DNA of 64,000 nucleotides. Source: Phoronis australis (lineage: Eukaryota; Animalia; Phoronida). The DNA is taken from the NCBI GenBank assembly GCA_002633005.1, contig NMRA01000115.1, positions 575,247 through 639,246 on the forward strand. The letters are read 5' to 3'. Of the stretch, positions 62,398 through 64,000 are shown in pieces (the stretch's first letter is position 1; every line of letters starts with the position of its first letter). The notes beneath the pieces were generated by a model. That model did no database searches. It was not told the DNA's origin and saw only the letters and a list, made by a program, of their open reading frames with translations. Made by a program: the position numbers and the translations under genes.

Positions 62398-63284
62398 ATA
62401 AAATTGGTCGCATAATATACCTACAAGTGCACCAAAACCGTCGTCAACTAAAAAATGTTTCAAAATTCAATGGGGTTGGCAAACTTGTGAATTCGAAAAT
62501 GGCGCATGCTAGCATTGCCTGTGAGTTGAGTTGGTAACAAAAACAGAATCAGGTTAAGTAATTCACTTACTCAGAGATCGCGTGCTTGCTGTTTCGGACA
62601 TTTCAAACTGCACTCTAGTCCTTTCTCAATAAATGATGGGGTTTTCAGTGTTTCCTGTCGTTCTGTGACCCAGAAGTAGTAAAGTGTCATCAATGTATAT
62701 AGGAGGACGTTGAAGTCCCTCGTCTCGATTCATGGTAGCTAGACTCGCGCTAGACTTTTAACATTATTAGCCAAACCATCTGAAATCATTTAGCTATTTT
62801 CAAAAATTATCAGCCAAATACTTTCTCTTTTCCCAATCCCGGCAACTGACAAAAACACAGTTACACGGACGAAACTTCTAATTTTTTATGTTATGTACAG
62901 GTCCTTTTCATAAAGGTACTACAAAAAAGACGTTTGCCTAAACAAAAAAAGCAAATTATCAACATTCCAAGGTCATAAAGCAACCTAATAAGTTGCAGGG
63001 AATGTCAGTTTGGGCAGGGTCCCCCTATACCGGAGTTACAGCGAGTGTACGCCGGCCACAATGCTTGTTATTTTTAGGACTCCGAATCGAAGTAGGAATG
63101 TTGCTTGCGGCGCGACTTCATTCGAGCTGACAGTGAGTCAATATGCGAGTAGGTTTCCCGAAATTAATTCTTATAGTCGAGTTGCGAAATCATTCGCCAA
63201 GTGGGCCAATGGACTTAGCTATAACATCGCCAGTGCCGCTCAGAATTCCCCAATGGCGAGCTGACGAGCAGCTACTGCGAGCCT

Positions 63285-63900
63285 AGGGTAGGCTTAATGG
63301 TTTTTATAAGTATGGCCTCTTTAACCTTTCTGGAGTACCAGTTCTTCTTTAGCCAGAACCTCAGCGTGATCACTGCCATACAGTGCATCAAAAGGCACCT
63401 AGGTGTTCACCTACTCCTGGTTGAGAATGTCTTGATGATGGACAAGGCTTTGCCTATAGAGACGCTGGTAAACAAGGCACCAACGTTGTAAGATGCAGGT
63501 TTGTTACCTGGGGTATTTCCAGTCCACTTAAAAAGTTCAAAAATTCCTGACTGTTGAGAACACTGTGATCAGTCTTGACATGGAGTAACAGATGTTTCTT
63601 GATCCAATCAGATATTTGGCAGCTCTGCAGGTAATGCCGCCATACCAAGAAACAATGGGTTTAAGGGGAATGTCTTCTCTGTGGGATTCCCTACATCTTG
63701 GGTTTCCATGCCCCTAAGGATATTCACAAGCTCATTCAAGTACTTGCCTGCTGTTGTTCACATATGTTAGAGTTGCGAAGGATAACACCAAGTTTCTCGT
63801 TTAGCTGAGTTTTATTCATGACAAATCAACACCTTCATCACGAGGGAGAGTCATGCCATCTTATCAGGGGTAGTGATGTTCAAGTTGGATGGCTCAGCAC
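63285..63900 (-). mobile_element. Penelope-like retroelement relic (RT fragment plus GIY-YIG C-terminal fragment)
   Basis: With stops and frameshifts: PKM*GIP..REDIPLKPIVSWYGGITCRAAKYL, ASYNVGALFTSVSIGKALSII, then NWYSRKVKEAILIKTIKPTL. These are typical PLE RT and endonuclease-tail motifs; internal deletion. Confidence 0.8.
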
Positions 63901-64000
63901 GAGTAATAAAGCAGGTGATGTCACTTGGAGTTGATTGGCCTTGTCCGCAAGTAACCTGTCTCGTCGCATTCCCAGTGTTGCTGATAATTACATTGTCTGG

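Overview
Eukaryotic, AT-rich animal DNA with GT-AG introns; the repeat types point to an invertebrate, probably a mollusc or other lophotrochozoan (inferred). Five protein-coding loci: (1) a TALE homeobox gene TGIF, with a 16-nt first coding exon at 1882-1897 and a main exon at 11684-12609; (2) an intronless Anp1/Mnn9/Van1-like (GT62) type II glycosyltransferase at 32956-34158, a family best known from fungi; (3) a three-coding-exon BAG2 co-chaperone gene at 37153-41158; (4,5) two tandem, paralogous C2H2 zinc-finger genes on the minus strand, one with an in-frame TAG inside a finger. The rest is rich in non-autonomous DNA transposons: MITEs with visible TIRs/TSDs, THAP-bearing Kolobok-like elements, a Penelope RT relic, and a Helentron/HINE-like element whose ~451-bp higher-order repeat carries about ten co-oriented CTCF-like motifs. 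All calls come from reading the sequence by eye; no database searches were run.
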